Part shown: one piece after another, positions 1 through 8,863 of the stretch
Layout of the letters: each line of letters starts with the position of its first letter
Numbering within the stretch: position 1 is the first letter of the stretch
Assembly (NCBI GenBank): GCA_964652975.1
Contig: CAZZCN010000006.1
Coordinates: 4,099 to 68,098 of the forward strand
DNA length: 64,000 bases
Reading direction: 5' to 3'
Origin: an uncultured Oscillospiraceae bacterium
GTDB taxonomy: Bacteria; Bacillota; Clostridia; Saccharofermentanales; UBA5734
The notes under the pieces: generated by a model
Databases searched by the model: none
What the model saw: only the letters and a program-made list of their open reading frames with translations
Told to the model about the DNA's origin: nothing
Made by a program: the position numbers and the translations under genes

Positions 1-744
1 TGTCATAAAGACATCGCTCTTGACGCTGCCGTTATATATCGATGCTATTGTGTTTTTGAAATTACCGTATGCAGTATGTAAATTCTCATAGGTCTGCCGT
101 CTTACATCACGATCGGCATGCTCTCTTAGCGACCCGAACCTACCGTGTGTCAATTTGACCTTCTGTCCATCTGGCATGGTAACTTCACCAAAAGTAAGTT
201 CTATGTCATTAAGCATTGAAAAGGTTTCTTCTACACTGTCAACTATCGGACCCATCCCTGAAAGCAAAGTCTCTTCCTTTTCGCTTAGAATATGCTTGCG
301 GTTTCGAATCAAATTATCAAGGTTATGACTGTAAACGGCAAGTTTCTCATTTTCGGTAATCCACTTGCGTAGTAAGTCTTCATCCATCGCAGATATCTCA
401 GGCGCCAAAAAAGATGTATCTGCCGACATCTTGAAATATTCGGTTACAATCCTGTCATACATTGATTGAAAATCTGAATTGGCATTATCCAGGTCTTTGT
501 TCATCTTGGCGTACACATAGAGTTCCATCATTGATTGCGAGCATTTGGTATCCAAATCAAGTGTTTTCGCAAGATAATCAGGAGATTCGCACACTTGGCC
601 TTTGCAGTCAAGTAATTCGTTAATCGGTTTCCTTATCTCCAGGAGTGCCTTTTCCCAAGCCTGCGTAGATTCGAAAATATCCTCCAGACGCCATTTGTAT
701 TTTATGTCTATGTCAGTACGTAATCTCTCCTGGGTATTTTCCAT
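1..744 (-). CDS. pepF: Oligoendopeptidase F (M3B), N-terminal part; the gene runs off the left edge
   Basis: Absent from the ORF track because it is truncated. My translation from ATG 744 is open to base 1: MENTQERLRTDIDIKYKWRLEDIFESTQAWEKALLEIRKPINELL...RQTYENLHTAYGNFKNTIASIYNGSVKSDVFMT. This is typical of the PepF N-terminal region. A GGAAGG RBS lies upstream. Confidence 0.8.
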   Translation of the reverse strand, partial: MENTQERLRTDIDIKYKWRLEDIFESTQAWEKALLEIRKPINELLDCKGQVCESPDYLAKTLDLDTKCSQSMMELYVYAKMNKDLDNANSDFQSMYDRIVTEYFKMSADTSFLAPEISAMDEDLLRKWITENEKLAVYSHNLDNLIRNRKHILSEKEETLLSGMGPIVDSVEETFSMLNDIELTFGEVTMPDGQKVKLTHGRFGSLREHADRDVRRQTYENLHTAYGNFKNTIASIYNGSVKSDVFMT

Positions 745-796
745 ATAAGTTAATTCCTTCCGGTAAAATAAAAATAATATAAAAAGTACCTGCTAT

Positions 797-1930
797 CTAT
801 TTTATGAGAAAAGTGGTCACGCCATCTCGGGCAACCACAATGACCCTGTTCGGTGACGTGGAAAAAGCAACTCTAACAGTTGTTGCACTTACAGGTGTTC
901 TGGAAATCTCCTTCATCTTCGCAAGAGAGACACTCACAACCGAATTACCTGATCCAACAACAGCTATATCACCATTCACAGCAATAGGTGTTACTTCCTC
1001 AGAAAGCGCTATGCCACCGCTGATTTTGCCGTCAATGCTTATCAGATAAAGCCTAGGAATCTCATTACTCTGCCTTTTGGCGACTAGAACAATCCCGCTG
1101 TCTGAAGAGGCAACAGTGTATATCTTGGAGAAGACAAGATGGTATTTTTCGTTCGTATTGTCGTATGCGATAATATTCGACTGCCCGCAGATAACAGGAT
1201 TGTTGTCACTGTCATAAATAATTGCAGGCATTATTTCTTCGGTTTTGGGCATGTACTGCGCAATCGCCTCTCCCTTCATTCCGAATCTTTTGAATATTGG
1301 CTGGGTGGCTGCGCCATCAGTGTTAATTATGCTGATATCCGTATATTTCGAGTCCGGAGAAACCTGGCCAGCCAATATATATCCGGATTGCGCGGATTTC
1401 CATGCAAAGATGCTTTGTCCATCAGGCTTCAAGACTCTGGCAACACCTTTAACTCCTGGTTCGTCCATCAGCAAAACGATATTTCCGTCTTTGTTGATCG
1501 AACCGTAGTCGAGAGTATTCTGAGCTGTTGAAGAAAACATTACATGCGTTGTATCCAGAGCCATAAATGTTACTCCGTTGGTATCTGCTATCAAAGCCTT
1601 ATCCCCGGAAATTCTGCAGATCGGAGATTCCATATTGACAATTTCTCCGAATATCTCCGTTCCCTTCAAATTCAGATATGAAATCCGGTTACGGCTAACC
1701 TTGACCAGGCCGTTCCCCATTGGATAAAGCATCTGTGCCTCTGTAGCATCACAGACAAAACCCGAAAGGGCAGGATTGTTGATATCTGTGTCATTAGGAT
1801 TCTTCCAGCTGTCGTCTACAGGAAATTTTATAGCCAGAATAACTGAAACAACCATGATAGAAAATGCCAAGGTCACTAGCACTATAAGACCTATTTTGGG
1901 TTTTTGCTTTCTTTCACGATGAGAAATCAT
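797..1930 (-). CDS. Membrane-anchored hypothetical protein with a beta-rich extracytoplasmic domain (resembles Clostridia DUF5711; assignment from memory only)
   Basis: 377-aa ORF with an AGGAGacaGGAA RBS. It has a basic N-terminus and one TM helix (IGLIVLVTLAFSIMVVSVILAI), followed by repetitive turn/strand-like sequence. It is the last gene of the ABC-2/GldG/DUF4340 string. Confidence 0.6.
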   Translation of the reverse strand: MISHRERKQKPKIGLIVLVTLAFSIMVVSVILAIKFPVDDSWKNPNDTDINNPALSGFVCDATEAQMLYPMGNGLVKVSRNRISYLNLKGTEIFGEIVNMESPICRISGDKALIADTNGVTFMALDTTHVMFSSTAQNTLDYGSINKDGNIVLLMDEPGVKGVARVLKPDGQSIFAWKSAQSGYILAGQVSPDSKYTDISIINTDGAATQPIFKRFGMKGEAIAQYMPKTEEIMPAIIYDSDNNPVICGQSNIIAYDNTNEKYHLVFSKIYTVASSDSGIVLVAKRQSNEIPRLYLISIDGKISGGIALSEEVTPIAVNGDIAVVGSGNSVVSVSLAKMKEISRTPVSATTVRVAFSTSPNRVIVVARDGVTTFLIK

Positions 1931-2051
1931 TTCCTGTCTCCTGTCTTAAAATTAAAATTCTTTGAAACTGGAGTTTGTAAATTGGTATGCCTGATTGTAA
2001 TAATCAAGCTGTTGCAGGCATTTTTGCCTCTTGGTTCCGAAAATCTATAAT

Positions 2052-3533
2052 CTATTTGTATTTTCCGTCAACCTGGTTGTCTATAGCATTCATCAATATA
2101 TTGTATGCGGGCAGAATTCCTTCATCGTCCTTTTTGTCTGAATAAAAGTCATCACGGCTTACAAAGTATCCCTGGTATTTAGCGTTTTTGAATACAAAGA
2201 AGGTCATTTCGTCTCTTTTCACAAAGCCCAGTTCAATGTTCTTGGAAGCATCATTCATTGTATATTTGATTGTTATAGAAGGCTTATAAACGGGTTTTGC
2301 GTCAATATCCACACCCTTGATAAAAATACTGATGAGCGACTGGTAAAAGCTTCTGAAGTATGAATCGTCATCGGAGCTGACTACATTGGCATCCTTTCCA
2401 TTAACCTTGAAGTCAGATGCAGTTTCCTTCTCCTGAGAATCTTTGATATCACAATGAATTTTCGTGGTATCCAGTGATATGTCAACGGCCTTGACATCCC
2501 ATATCGAAGGCATGTAAATGAAAGAATTGACAAGTTCTATAAAAGGCTTGTCAATAAGCGTTAATGAGCCTGATGCTGTTTTGAAAACCGCATCTGAATA
2601 ATCGGTATATCCGTAAAGTGCTCCACCGCCTGCATCTCCGCCCAGGATACATCTTACCTTCTTACCTTCTGTACTGGTAAAGGTATAATCGTAATCTGGC
2701 TTGTCAAGTCCATATTCTGTAAAGCTTTCAGGTGACATTTTTACAAAAGAAGCAGGACTTACTGCAAGCAATTCTGTCAGAAACGGGCTGAATCCTTCGG
2801 TGCTTGCTTCCACCGCAAATGGTGTCAATATACGCCATGTTGCAGGTGTTTTGTTCGTCGTATCGGCGTCCCCGTTGGATTTAGCAGTAAAAGCTGCATT
2901 GTCCTTGGCACGTTGAAAAGAAAATGCATCCAGATTGTCTATGGTAATGGAATTAAATATGTTCGTATCCAGAATATCTAAGACTGTTATCAGCGCATCA
3001 TCCGCATACGTTGATGATACTGTCAGAATTCTGCTGCTTCCTACAAGCATCGCATAATATGAGCTGCCGTCAGGTGCCTTGTTGCCGTAAATAACTTTAT
3101 TCTCTGTCCCGGACTTCAGTTTTACTATAACAGTTGCAACAGGACTTTCCAGTCCGTATTCCGCCAGATTGTCAGTCTTGGCCGAAACTTGGACATTGGC
3201 TGTTATATTTGTGTAATTTGAAACTTTACTGCCAATTATGCTCTTGCTGAATTTAACGCCTGAAGGTGATGTCAAAAGCCATTCGGTCGTGGTCGTGCCA
3301 GACTCGTTCTTAGTCGTGGCGGGCGAAAATTCCAACGTGCCTTCATTGTTTTTAATTGTTATTATAGAAATGTCTGTCTCGTTGACTGACAGCACAGGGG
3401 GGATGGAAGGCACAGGGGTTACATCTTTACTGCTGCTGTCCCCATTGCCTTTGATGAGCGAGGAAACAACTAAAAGTGCAATCAGCACAATCAAGGCGGA
3501 TGCGAATATTATTATTTTTCTCCATTGTCTCAT
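2052..3533 (-). CDS. DUF4340 domain-containing protein (GldG-associated)
   Basis: The ORF is open to 3557, but ATG 3533 is preceded by GGAGGattttaATG. It has an N-terminal TM helix (IIIFASALIVLIALLVVSS) and a large soluble domain. It sits in the canonical position after a GldG-like gene. Confidence 0.65.
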   Translation of the reverse strand: MRQWRKIIIFASALIVLIALLVVSSLIKGNGDSSSKDVTPVPSIPPVLSVNETDISIITIKNNEGTLEFSPATTKNESGTTTTEWLLTSPSGVKFSKSIIGSKVSNYTNITANVQVSAKTDNLAEYGLESPVATVIVKLKSGTENKVIYGNKAPDGSSYYAMLVGSSRILTVSSTYADDALITVLDILDTNIFNSITIDNLDAFSFQRAKDNAAFTAKSNGDADTTNKTPATWRILTPFAVEASTEGFSPFLTELLAVSPASFVKMSPESFTEYGLDKPDYDYTFTSTEGKKVRCILGGDAGGGALYGYTDYSDAVFKTASGSLTLIDKPFIELVNSFIYMPSIWDVKAVDISLDTTKIHCDIKDSQEKETASDFKVNGKDANVVSSDDDSYFRSFYQSLISIFIKGVDIDAKPVYKPSITIKYTMNDASKNIELGFVKRDEMTFFVFKNAKYQGYFVSRDDFYSDKKDDEGILPAYNILMNAIDNQVDGKYK

Positions 3534-3645
3534 TAAAATCCTCCAATATCTCCACATAACGCAAAAGAAATAATTAGTATAAAATTTAGATTAGCGATAG
3601 CTTTTTATAAGCTAGTTTTATTTGGCATTTATCGGTATTCGATCA

Positions 3646-3747
3646 TATAGCGTTTTGAAATAGGTTAATAATATATGTTCTATCAAAACGCATTCGGCAA
3701 ACTTTTTTCTTATTTCCAATAATAAAATATAAATACGTTTGCTATAT
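3646..3747 (-). repeat. Copy A of a roughly 100-bp intergenic repeat element (partner at 30338..30441, opposite strand)
   Basis: Minus-strand reading: ATATAGCAAAC-N34-GTTTGCCGAATGCGTTTTGATA-N18-TATTTCAAAACGCTATA. Block order and the N34 spacing match copy B. It contains two inverted repeats: GCAAAC/GTTTGC, and GCGTTTTGA/TCAAAACGC. Confidence 0.7.
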
Positions 3748-3775
3748 GCATTCTTCAAAAACAACCTTATAAATA

Positions 3776-5629
3776 TTACAGGTTCTTTCTTCTTCTGTAA
3801 ACAAATGTAGCAGCAAGCAATAACGCAAGCGGTATAAGGATTATACATACAATAGTTACTATCCAAAATGAGTTAGCATCGCCCTTTGTAAGCTTGTAAG
3901 ATGGCAATTCCTTAGCTGTAATAAGCAAGTCGCTACCCTCTAAGTTGACAAGCCAGTTTAAAGAATAATAGAACGCATAGACATTGTAAACCTGTTGCCC
4001 AAAATTATTAAGCGTTGTATCGCTTATAAAGTCGGTGGATCCAATTACGATAACCTTAGTCGATGTGGTGACATTTGTTCCGTCAATAGATCCGGAATTC
4101 TCTGATGCGAGACCAAGATCAGTAATGCCCGCTGTTCCACTATTCTCTGGAACCCCGCCCTTTTCAATTACTCCCTCAGCACTTGTCTGGAATACAGGAT
4201 TGACTTTTATATATTCCTTGGTGTTTTTTATCTCATTGATAGCACGGACATTCTTGAGGAAAGTAGCTTTCTCAACTGCCTGTTCAGTCAGAAAACTAAC
4301 AGGCGCATCGGCAAAAAAGCTGTATGGGTCATCACTGTATCTTCTTGTTTTGTCACCTTCACGCACCCTGTCATTAGTGATCTCGATGTTATAATCCGCC
4401 AGCAGACTGTTAAGCACAGGGAATTTAGTTGTGCCGAATGCCGTAATAACTAACAGGGATTTACCTTTCTTAAGGAAGGTGTTGATCTGACCTACTCCTG
4501 TCTGGCTTATATCCGATGACGGTGATAGCATTATGAGCAATTCCGCATCGTCAGGAATTTTGGCCGAAGTAAGCATGTCAAAATCTTTTACTAGAAAATT
4601 ATTATCCCGCAATATCGATGTCATTATTGTGTAATTCGTCGTATAATCAAGCTCTCCTTGACCTTTGCTCATATAAACGACCGGTGTTTTCTTAGACGAA
4701 GTATATACAATTGCGCCGCTGAAAGCCTGCTCTGCTGTTACTCCGGTTACTTCCCGCTGATATGTCTGTTCATTCATTTGTGTCGAAAATAAATTATCTT
4801 TTATCAATACTTTTGACTTTTTATTAGCATCGCACCTTACAACAAATGATCCTGCAGCGGGTTTTAATAATCCATCCGGGTCAAGCTGTGTGATAATTGA
4901 TGGTGTCTTGACAGGATCTATGAATTGAACCTTAAGCTTACCCTTGGAATACTTAGTGTAATCGTCAAGCATTTTCTCAATATCAACAAGATCAGTATCT
5001 GTACCCTTCTCATAAAGGCCTACAATTTTGATATCTTTCTTCAAGCCACCTAGAAGCTCCTTGGTTACATCCCCGACAGAATAAAGATTGGTCTGCGTCC
5101 AGTCCCATTTAAGCTTGCCACCGATAAATGAATCAAAAACCAGATTGAAAATAATTACTATAGCAATGAAAAGTATGGCTGAGGATACAGATACAAGCTT
5201 CATGGATTTAAATCTCTTGTCAACCAGCCTTTTGACCTTCTTGACTTTCGTCTTTTCTATGCCCGTCTTGGAGTCTCTATCCTTTTTGCCGGAAGAATTC
5301 CTGTTTTTCTTAAACATTCCAGCGCCCTTTGGAGCGTTATCATCTTCATCATCGTCTTCTTCGTCTTCGTCTTCGTCTTCGTCGTCGTCGTCATTTTCAT
5401 CAGCGTCATTGCTTTCAAAAACATCTTTGTCACCGTCAACTTCTTCGGCTTCAATTTCACTCGTCTCAGAAATCTCGCTGCCATAGGGTTTAGAAGTATC
5501 AATATTGTCATCGGATTTTGTATTTTCTCCGCTTAATTCTGCGCTTCCGGCGATTATTTCATTTTCGATGCCGTCATTAACAGAATCGTTGTCTGCCTTG
5601 TCTAATTCATTTCTATTATTATCATTCAC
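3776..5629 (-). CDS. GldG-like auxiliary component of an ABC-2 transport system
   Basis: 617 aa with a GTG start after AGGATGGTG. It has an acidic disordered N-terminus, a TM helix (LVSVSSAILFIAIVIIFNLVF), a large external domain and a C-terminal TM helix followed by RRRKNL. It lies directly downstream of the ABC-2 permease. Confidence 0.75.
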   Translation of the reverse strand: MNDNNRNELDKADNDSVNDGIENEIIAGSAELSGENTKSDDNIDTSKPYGSEISETSEIEAEEVDGDKDVFESNDADENDDDDEDEDEDEEDDDEDDNAPKGAGMFKKNRNSSGKKDRDSKTGIEKTKVKKVKRLVDKRFKSMKLVSVSSAILFIAIVIIFNLVFDSFIGGKLKWDWTQTNLYSVGDVTKELLGGLKKDIKIVGLYEKGTDTDLVDIEKMLDDYTKYSKGKLKVQFIDPVKTPSIITQLDPDGLLKPAAGSFVVRCDANKKSKVLIKDNLFSTQMNEQTYQREVTGVTAEQAFSGAIVYTSSKKTPVVYMSKGQGELDYTTNYTIMTSILRDNNFLVKDFDMLTSAKIPDDAELLIMLSPSSDISQTGVGQINTFLKKGKSLLVITAFGTTKFPVLNSLLADYNIEITNDRVREGDKTRRYSDDPYSFFADAPVSFLTEQAVEKATFLKNVRAINEIKNTKEYIKVNPVFQTSAEGVIEKGGVPENSGTAGITDLGLASENSGSIDGTNVTTSTKVIVIGSTDFISDTTLNNFGQQVYNVYAFYYSLNWLVNLEGSDLLITAKELPSYKLTKGDANSFWIVTIVCIILIPLALLLAATFVYRRRKNL

Positions 5630-5697
5630 TATACTGTCACCATCCTTATAATTATTAGTTTGTAAAATTGTGACCTGCTTTCAACAGATAAAAAGGT

Positions 5698-6486
5698 CTA
5701 CTTTTGTGTCCATCTGCGCTTTTCGACAACCCTCATTGTCATGAAAAGAAAAATAGCTATTATACTGGCAAAAAACACCAGCGGTGAAATTTCGAAAATT
5801 CCACTGCTGAAATTGTCAAGTCTCGTCAGAGGATTAGGCCACTTGATGAATGCTGTAACCGCCTTGGATACGGAATCAATCTGCAGGTCAGTAAGACCGA
5901 AAAAATTAATCTTGTCAACAAAAGTTGATACAACAGATCCCATAATAGATGCTAGACCATCGAGCAACAGCAGCATAAAAATAGCTGCAAAAGTTATAAT
6001 TGCAGATATTACCTGGTTCTCAGTCAGCGATGATGCAAAAATTCCTATTGAAAGGTACGCAGCTCCAATTGATATGAATCCTATGTATGCACCAAGCGTC
6101 TTAGCGTCGATCGTACCGCCGAGTCCTAAAGTAAAAAGCAGATATACCAACGATGTAGATGTCATGACCAACAATAGCGAAAGCGATGCAAGATACTTGC
6201 CTAAGACAATCTCGAAAACAGTCGCCGGTGATGTAAGCAGCAATACCTCAGAACCGTTCTTGCGTTCTTCGGAAAAAGTTCGCATTGTTATCATCGGTAC
6301 AACCACCATGAAAAGTATAGCCTGGATTGACAGCAAAACCATCCCCACGTCCGCATATTGGTATTGCAGATTAGAAACAAACAAAAATGCTGTAATCAAG
6401 GCAAAAAGCGCCAGTACTATATATCCTATCGGAGATTTGAAATATGCAAAAAACTCTCTTTTAAAAATTGCATTTATACGTTTCAT
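5698..6486 (-). CDS. ABC-2 family transporter permease
   Basis: 262 aa and multi-pass hydrophobic. Its start abuts the stop of the ATPase gene at 6487. Confidence 0.85.
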   Translation of the reverse strand: MKRINAIFKREFFAYFKSPIGYIVLALFALITAFLFVSNLQYQYADVGMVLLSIQAILFMVVVPMITMRTFSEERKNGSEVLLLTSPATVFEIVLGKYLASLSLLLVMTSTSLVYLLFTLGLGGTIDAKTLGAYIGFISIGAAYLSIGIFASSLTENQVISAIITFAAIFMLLLLDGLASIMGSVVSTFVDKINFFGLTDLQIDSVSKAVTAFIKWPNPLTRLDNFSSGIFEISPLVFFASIIAIFLFMTMRVVEKRRWTQK

Positions 6487-7446
6487 CTATTTTGCCTCCA
6501 TCTTGTCATATGATGCATTCGAAGTTACCTGCAGGAAAATATCCTCAAGCGTCGGATCCATTGACTTCATCTCGATAATCGGCCATGAATGTCTGGCCAT
6601 CTCAAAAAATGTCTGCTTCCTGGTATCCGTTCCGGAATCATTCTCAACCGCAACAGTTGTAACTCCGTGCAGTCTTTCGCCTATTATGTCAGCCTTCTTG
6701 ACTCCCGGAATCAAACGTATCTTCTGAAGGATATCCTTGGAAGGTCCTTCTGCAGATACTGAATACTTGGAAGTCTTTGAAAATTCCCTGGAAAGATTCT
6801 CTGTTGTATTGACAGCTGCTATAGCACCATTGGCAATAATAACGACTCTGTCACATACTGCACTGACCTCAGGCAGGATATGGGAGCTCAGTATGACTGT
6901 GTGAGATTTGCCTAGTTGCTTGATCAGGTTACGTATTTCTATGATTTGCTTGGGGTCAAGTCCTACTGTCGGCTCATCCAATACAAGAACCTCCGGATTA
7001 CCTATAAGGGCTTGTGCTATACCAACACGCTGTTTGTAACCCTTAGAGAGATTCTTAATCAATCGGCCGGCAACATCTGTTATTCGCACCAGCTTCATAA
7101 TCTCCGCAATGTGCTTAGCTCTTGAATCCTTCTCAACTCCTTTTAGTTCACTGACAAATTTAAGATATTCCAATGCTGTCATGTCCATATAGAGAGGTGG
7201 ATTCTCGGGAAGATATCCGATGCATTTCTTGGCATTCTGTGGTTCGTCTACGATGTCGTATCCGTTGATTTTGACTGTTCCTGAAGTTGCCGACAGAAAA
7301 CCTGTCAGAATATTCATAGTAGTGGATTTGCCGGCACCGTTAGGTCCCAGAAAACCCAATATCTCGCCTTGGTTTACATCAAAGGATATGTTGTCCACAG
7401 CAAGATTCGGCCCGTAATATTTAGTCAGGTTACGAATTTCTATCAT
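6487..7446 (-). CDS. ABC transporter ATP-binding protein
   Basis: Walker A GPNGAGKST, signature LSKGYKQR, Walker B VLVLDEPTVGLD, H-loop SSHIL. Confidence 0.95.
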   Translation of the reverse strand: MIEIRNLTKYYGPNLAVDNISFDVNQGEILGFLGPNGAGKSTTMNILTGFLSATSGTVKINGYDIVDEPQNAKKCIGYLPENPPLYMDMTALEYLKFVSELKGVEKDSRAKHIAEIMKLVRITDVAGRLIKNLSKGYKQRVGIAQALIGNPEVLVLDEPTVGLDPKQIIEIRNLIKQLGKSHTVILSSHILPEVSAVCDRVVIIANGAIAAVNTTENLSREFSKTSKYSVSAEGPSKDILQKIRLIPGVKKADIIGERLHGVTTVAVENDSGTDTRKQTFFEMARHSWPIIEMKSMDPTLEDIFLQVTSNASYDKMEAK

Positions 7447-7510
7447 TTAATTCCCTCCATTTTCGGATAATTTATCACGTATTTATTTATATTGGTTTTT
7501 TGACTTTTCT

Positions 7511-7539
7511 ATTATATCTTATTTCATCTTATGCTACAA
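7511..7539 (-). promoter_or_regulatory. Candidate sigma-A promoter of the ABC-2/GldG operon
   Basis: Minus strand reads TTGTAG-17 nt-TATAAT, about 65 nt upstream of ATG 7446. Confidence 0.35.
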
Positions 7540-7648
7540 CAAGAGTTCACAATTGTTCGTATTTTATCAGCACTAAAAAAGCCGTCTTTTACAGTTTTAC
7601 AACTGATTTGAGACAGCTCTTAAGATTTATAATGCAGAAAAAATAATT

Positions 7649-8659
7649 TTATTTCTTGATAAAACGATGGACAGAAATAAGTTTGTAACCCCATCTCTTA
7701 TATTGATCGACACTTACCTTGCAAATACCATTACTAAGCGAGGCGTGCACCATTGTCCCGTTCCCAATGTATATTCCGACATGGCCTATTGAAGTGCCTC
7801 TTCTGCTGCCACTCCATGCTATAACATCACCCGGGGCAATCTGAGAATAGGGAATTTTAATCCCTGCACTTGCATATGAATATGAACTTCTCGGTGTTGA
7901 AATTCCATATCTGTTAAAAATAAATGTTGTAAGTCCAGTACAGTCAAATCCTTTACTGGGAGCTGATCCGCCGTATCTGTATCTAATACCGAGATATTTC
8001 AATGATTCTTTAGCAATGGATCCACCAAGAGTGTTTGCCTTTGCAGGGGTACTTGAATAAGCAGGCTTCTTTGCAGCAGGAGCCTTTGTAGGCTTAGGAG
8101 AAGGAGTAGGCATTGTATCGGCTACAAATTCCTTCTTCATGTAACCAATAGTTCCTTTATCGTCAACCACCCTGTCCCATTCCTTGCCAATTCCGGTTCT
8201 TAAAATGCTGTCGGCTAGCTTATATGTGTGAATTATATCCGAATCTGTCGACGGAAGTTTTCTCATATTCAGTATGGTACTGCTTACAAATATCTCCGTA
8301 TAATCATCTTCGAATGTCATGTCAGGAGGAACTTGAATACTCTGTGAAGATGATTCTTCAATAGCCGAGCCTAAAAGGAGGTCACTGTCACTCGTGATGT
8401 CACCTCTGTTCATAAGCTTGGATTCGTCTCGAACATATTCAACAATGTCATAATTATCTGGATTAAAGTATGTATCGTCTCCCTCGGATGCTTGCATTGC
8501 GGTCATTGACTGCAACGAAATGTTCTCTTGGGTGAGACGTGTTTTCGCCGATAAGGGAGAGAAAGAGAACAATGGTGAGGCAAGAACCGCAACAATTATT
8601 GAAATAGATATATATAAAGATGTGTTTTTAATTATTCGGGCTAACAGTATTTGCTTCAT
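7649..8659 (-). CDS. NlpC/P60 family cell-wall hydrolase with an SH3-like domain
   Basis: Signal/anchor sequence, a P/A/K-rich linker, and a C-terminal GFDCTGLTTFIF...GDVIAW...GHVGIYIGNGTMVHAS Cys-His catalytic signature. Confidence 0.9.
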   Translation of the reverse strand: MKQILLARIIKNTSLYISISIIVAVLASPLFSFSPLSAKTRLTQENISLQSMTAMQASEGDDTYFNPDNYDIVEYVRDESKLMNRGDITSDSDLLLGSAIEESSSQSIQVPPDMTFEDDYTEIFVSSTILNMRKLPSTDSDIIHTYKLADSILRTGIGKEWDRVVDDKGTIGYMKKEFVADTMPTPSPKPTKAPAAKKPAYSSTPAKANTLGGSIAKESLKYLGIRYRYGGSAPSKGFDCTGLTTFIFNRYGISTPRSSYSYASAGIKIPYSQIAPGDVIAWSGSRRGTSIGHVGIYIGNGTMVHASLSNGICKVSVDQYKRWGYKLISVHRFIKK

Positions 8660-8748
8660 TAATCCTCCGTTGGCTAGTCAGCTTGATGTCAAAATATTCT
8701 GCCTTACTTTTGTGATTTTAAGTAAAACAATAATCACATTTGGTTTGA

Positions 8749-8777
8749 ATTTTACCATACTATTTCAGTCAAGTCAA
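8749..8777 (-). promoter_or_regulatory. Sigma-A promoter for the NlpC/P60 gene
   Basis: Minus strand reads TTGACT-17 nt-TAAAAT with an extended TGg immediately 5' of the -10. It lies about 90 nt upstream of ATG 8659. Confidence 0.55.
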
Positions 8778-8863
8778 ATTTTTGCAATATGGTTACAAAA
8801 AGGTTACAAATATGACATACTGCTTTTACGACCCTTATACCCAAGCCCGCTGCACCCTTTCTA

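Noticed and set aside
1998-2031. Hairpin ATGCCTG-N19-CAGGCAT followed by TTTT
   Set aside because: The T-run follows the hairpin only on the plus strand, where there is no upstream gene to terminate. On the minus strand, downstream of the DUF4340 gene, no U-tract follows.
3618-3866. 82-aa ORF covering repeat copy A, and the 60-aa ORF at 30400..30582 covering copy B
   Set aside because: The two copies are read in different frames and strands relative to the element. Neither has an RBS, and both partly overlap real genes. The conservation is at the nucleotide/structure level, not coding.
5741-6727. 328-aa plus-strand ORF
   Set aside because: It lies entirely antisense to the ABC-2 permease and the ATPase 3' end. 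It has no RBS and its composition mirrors the hydrophobic gene opposite. It is a shadow ORF.
7566-7612. Terminator downstream of the NlpC/P60 gene
   Set aside because: Only a 6-bp stem with a G-U pair and a 25-nt loop precedes the T6 run. It is too weak to list as a feature, although termination here is plausible.
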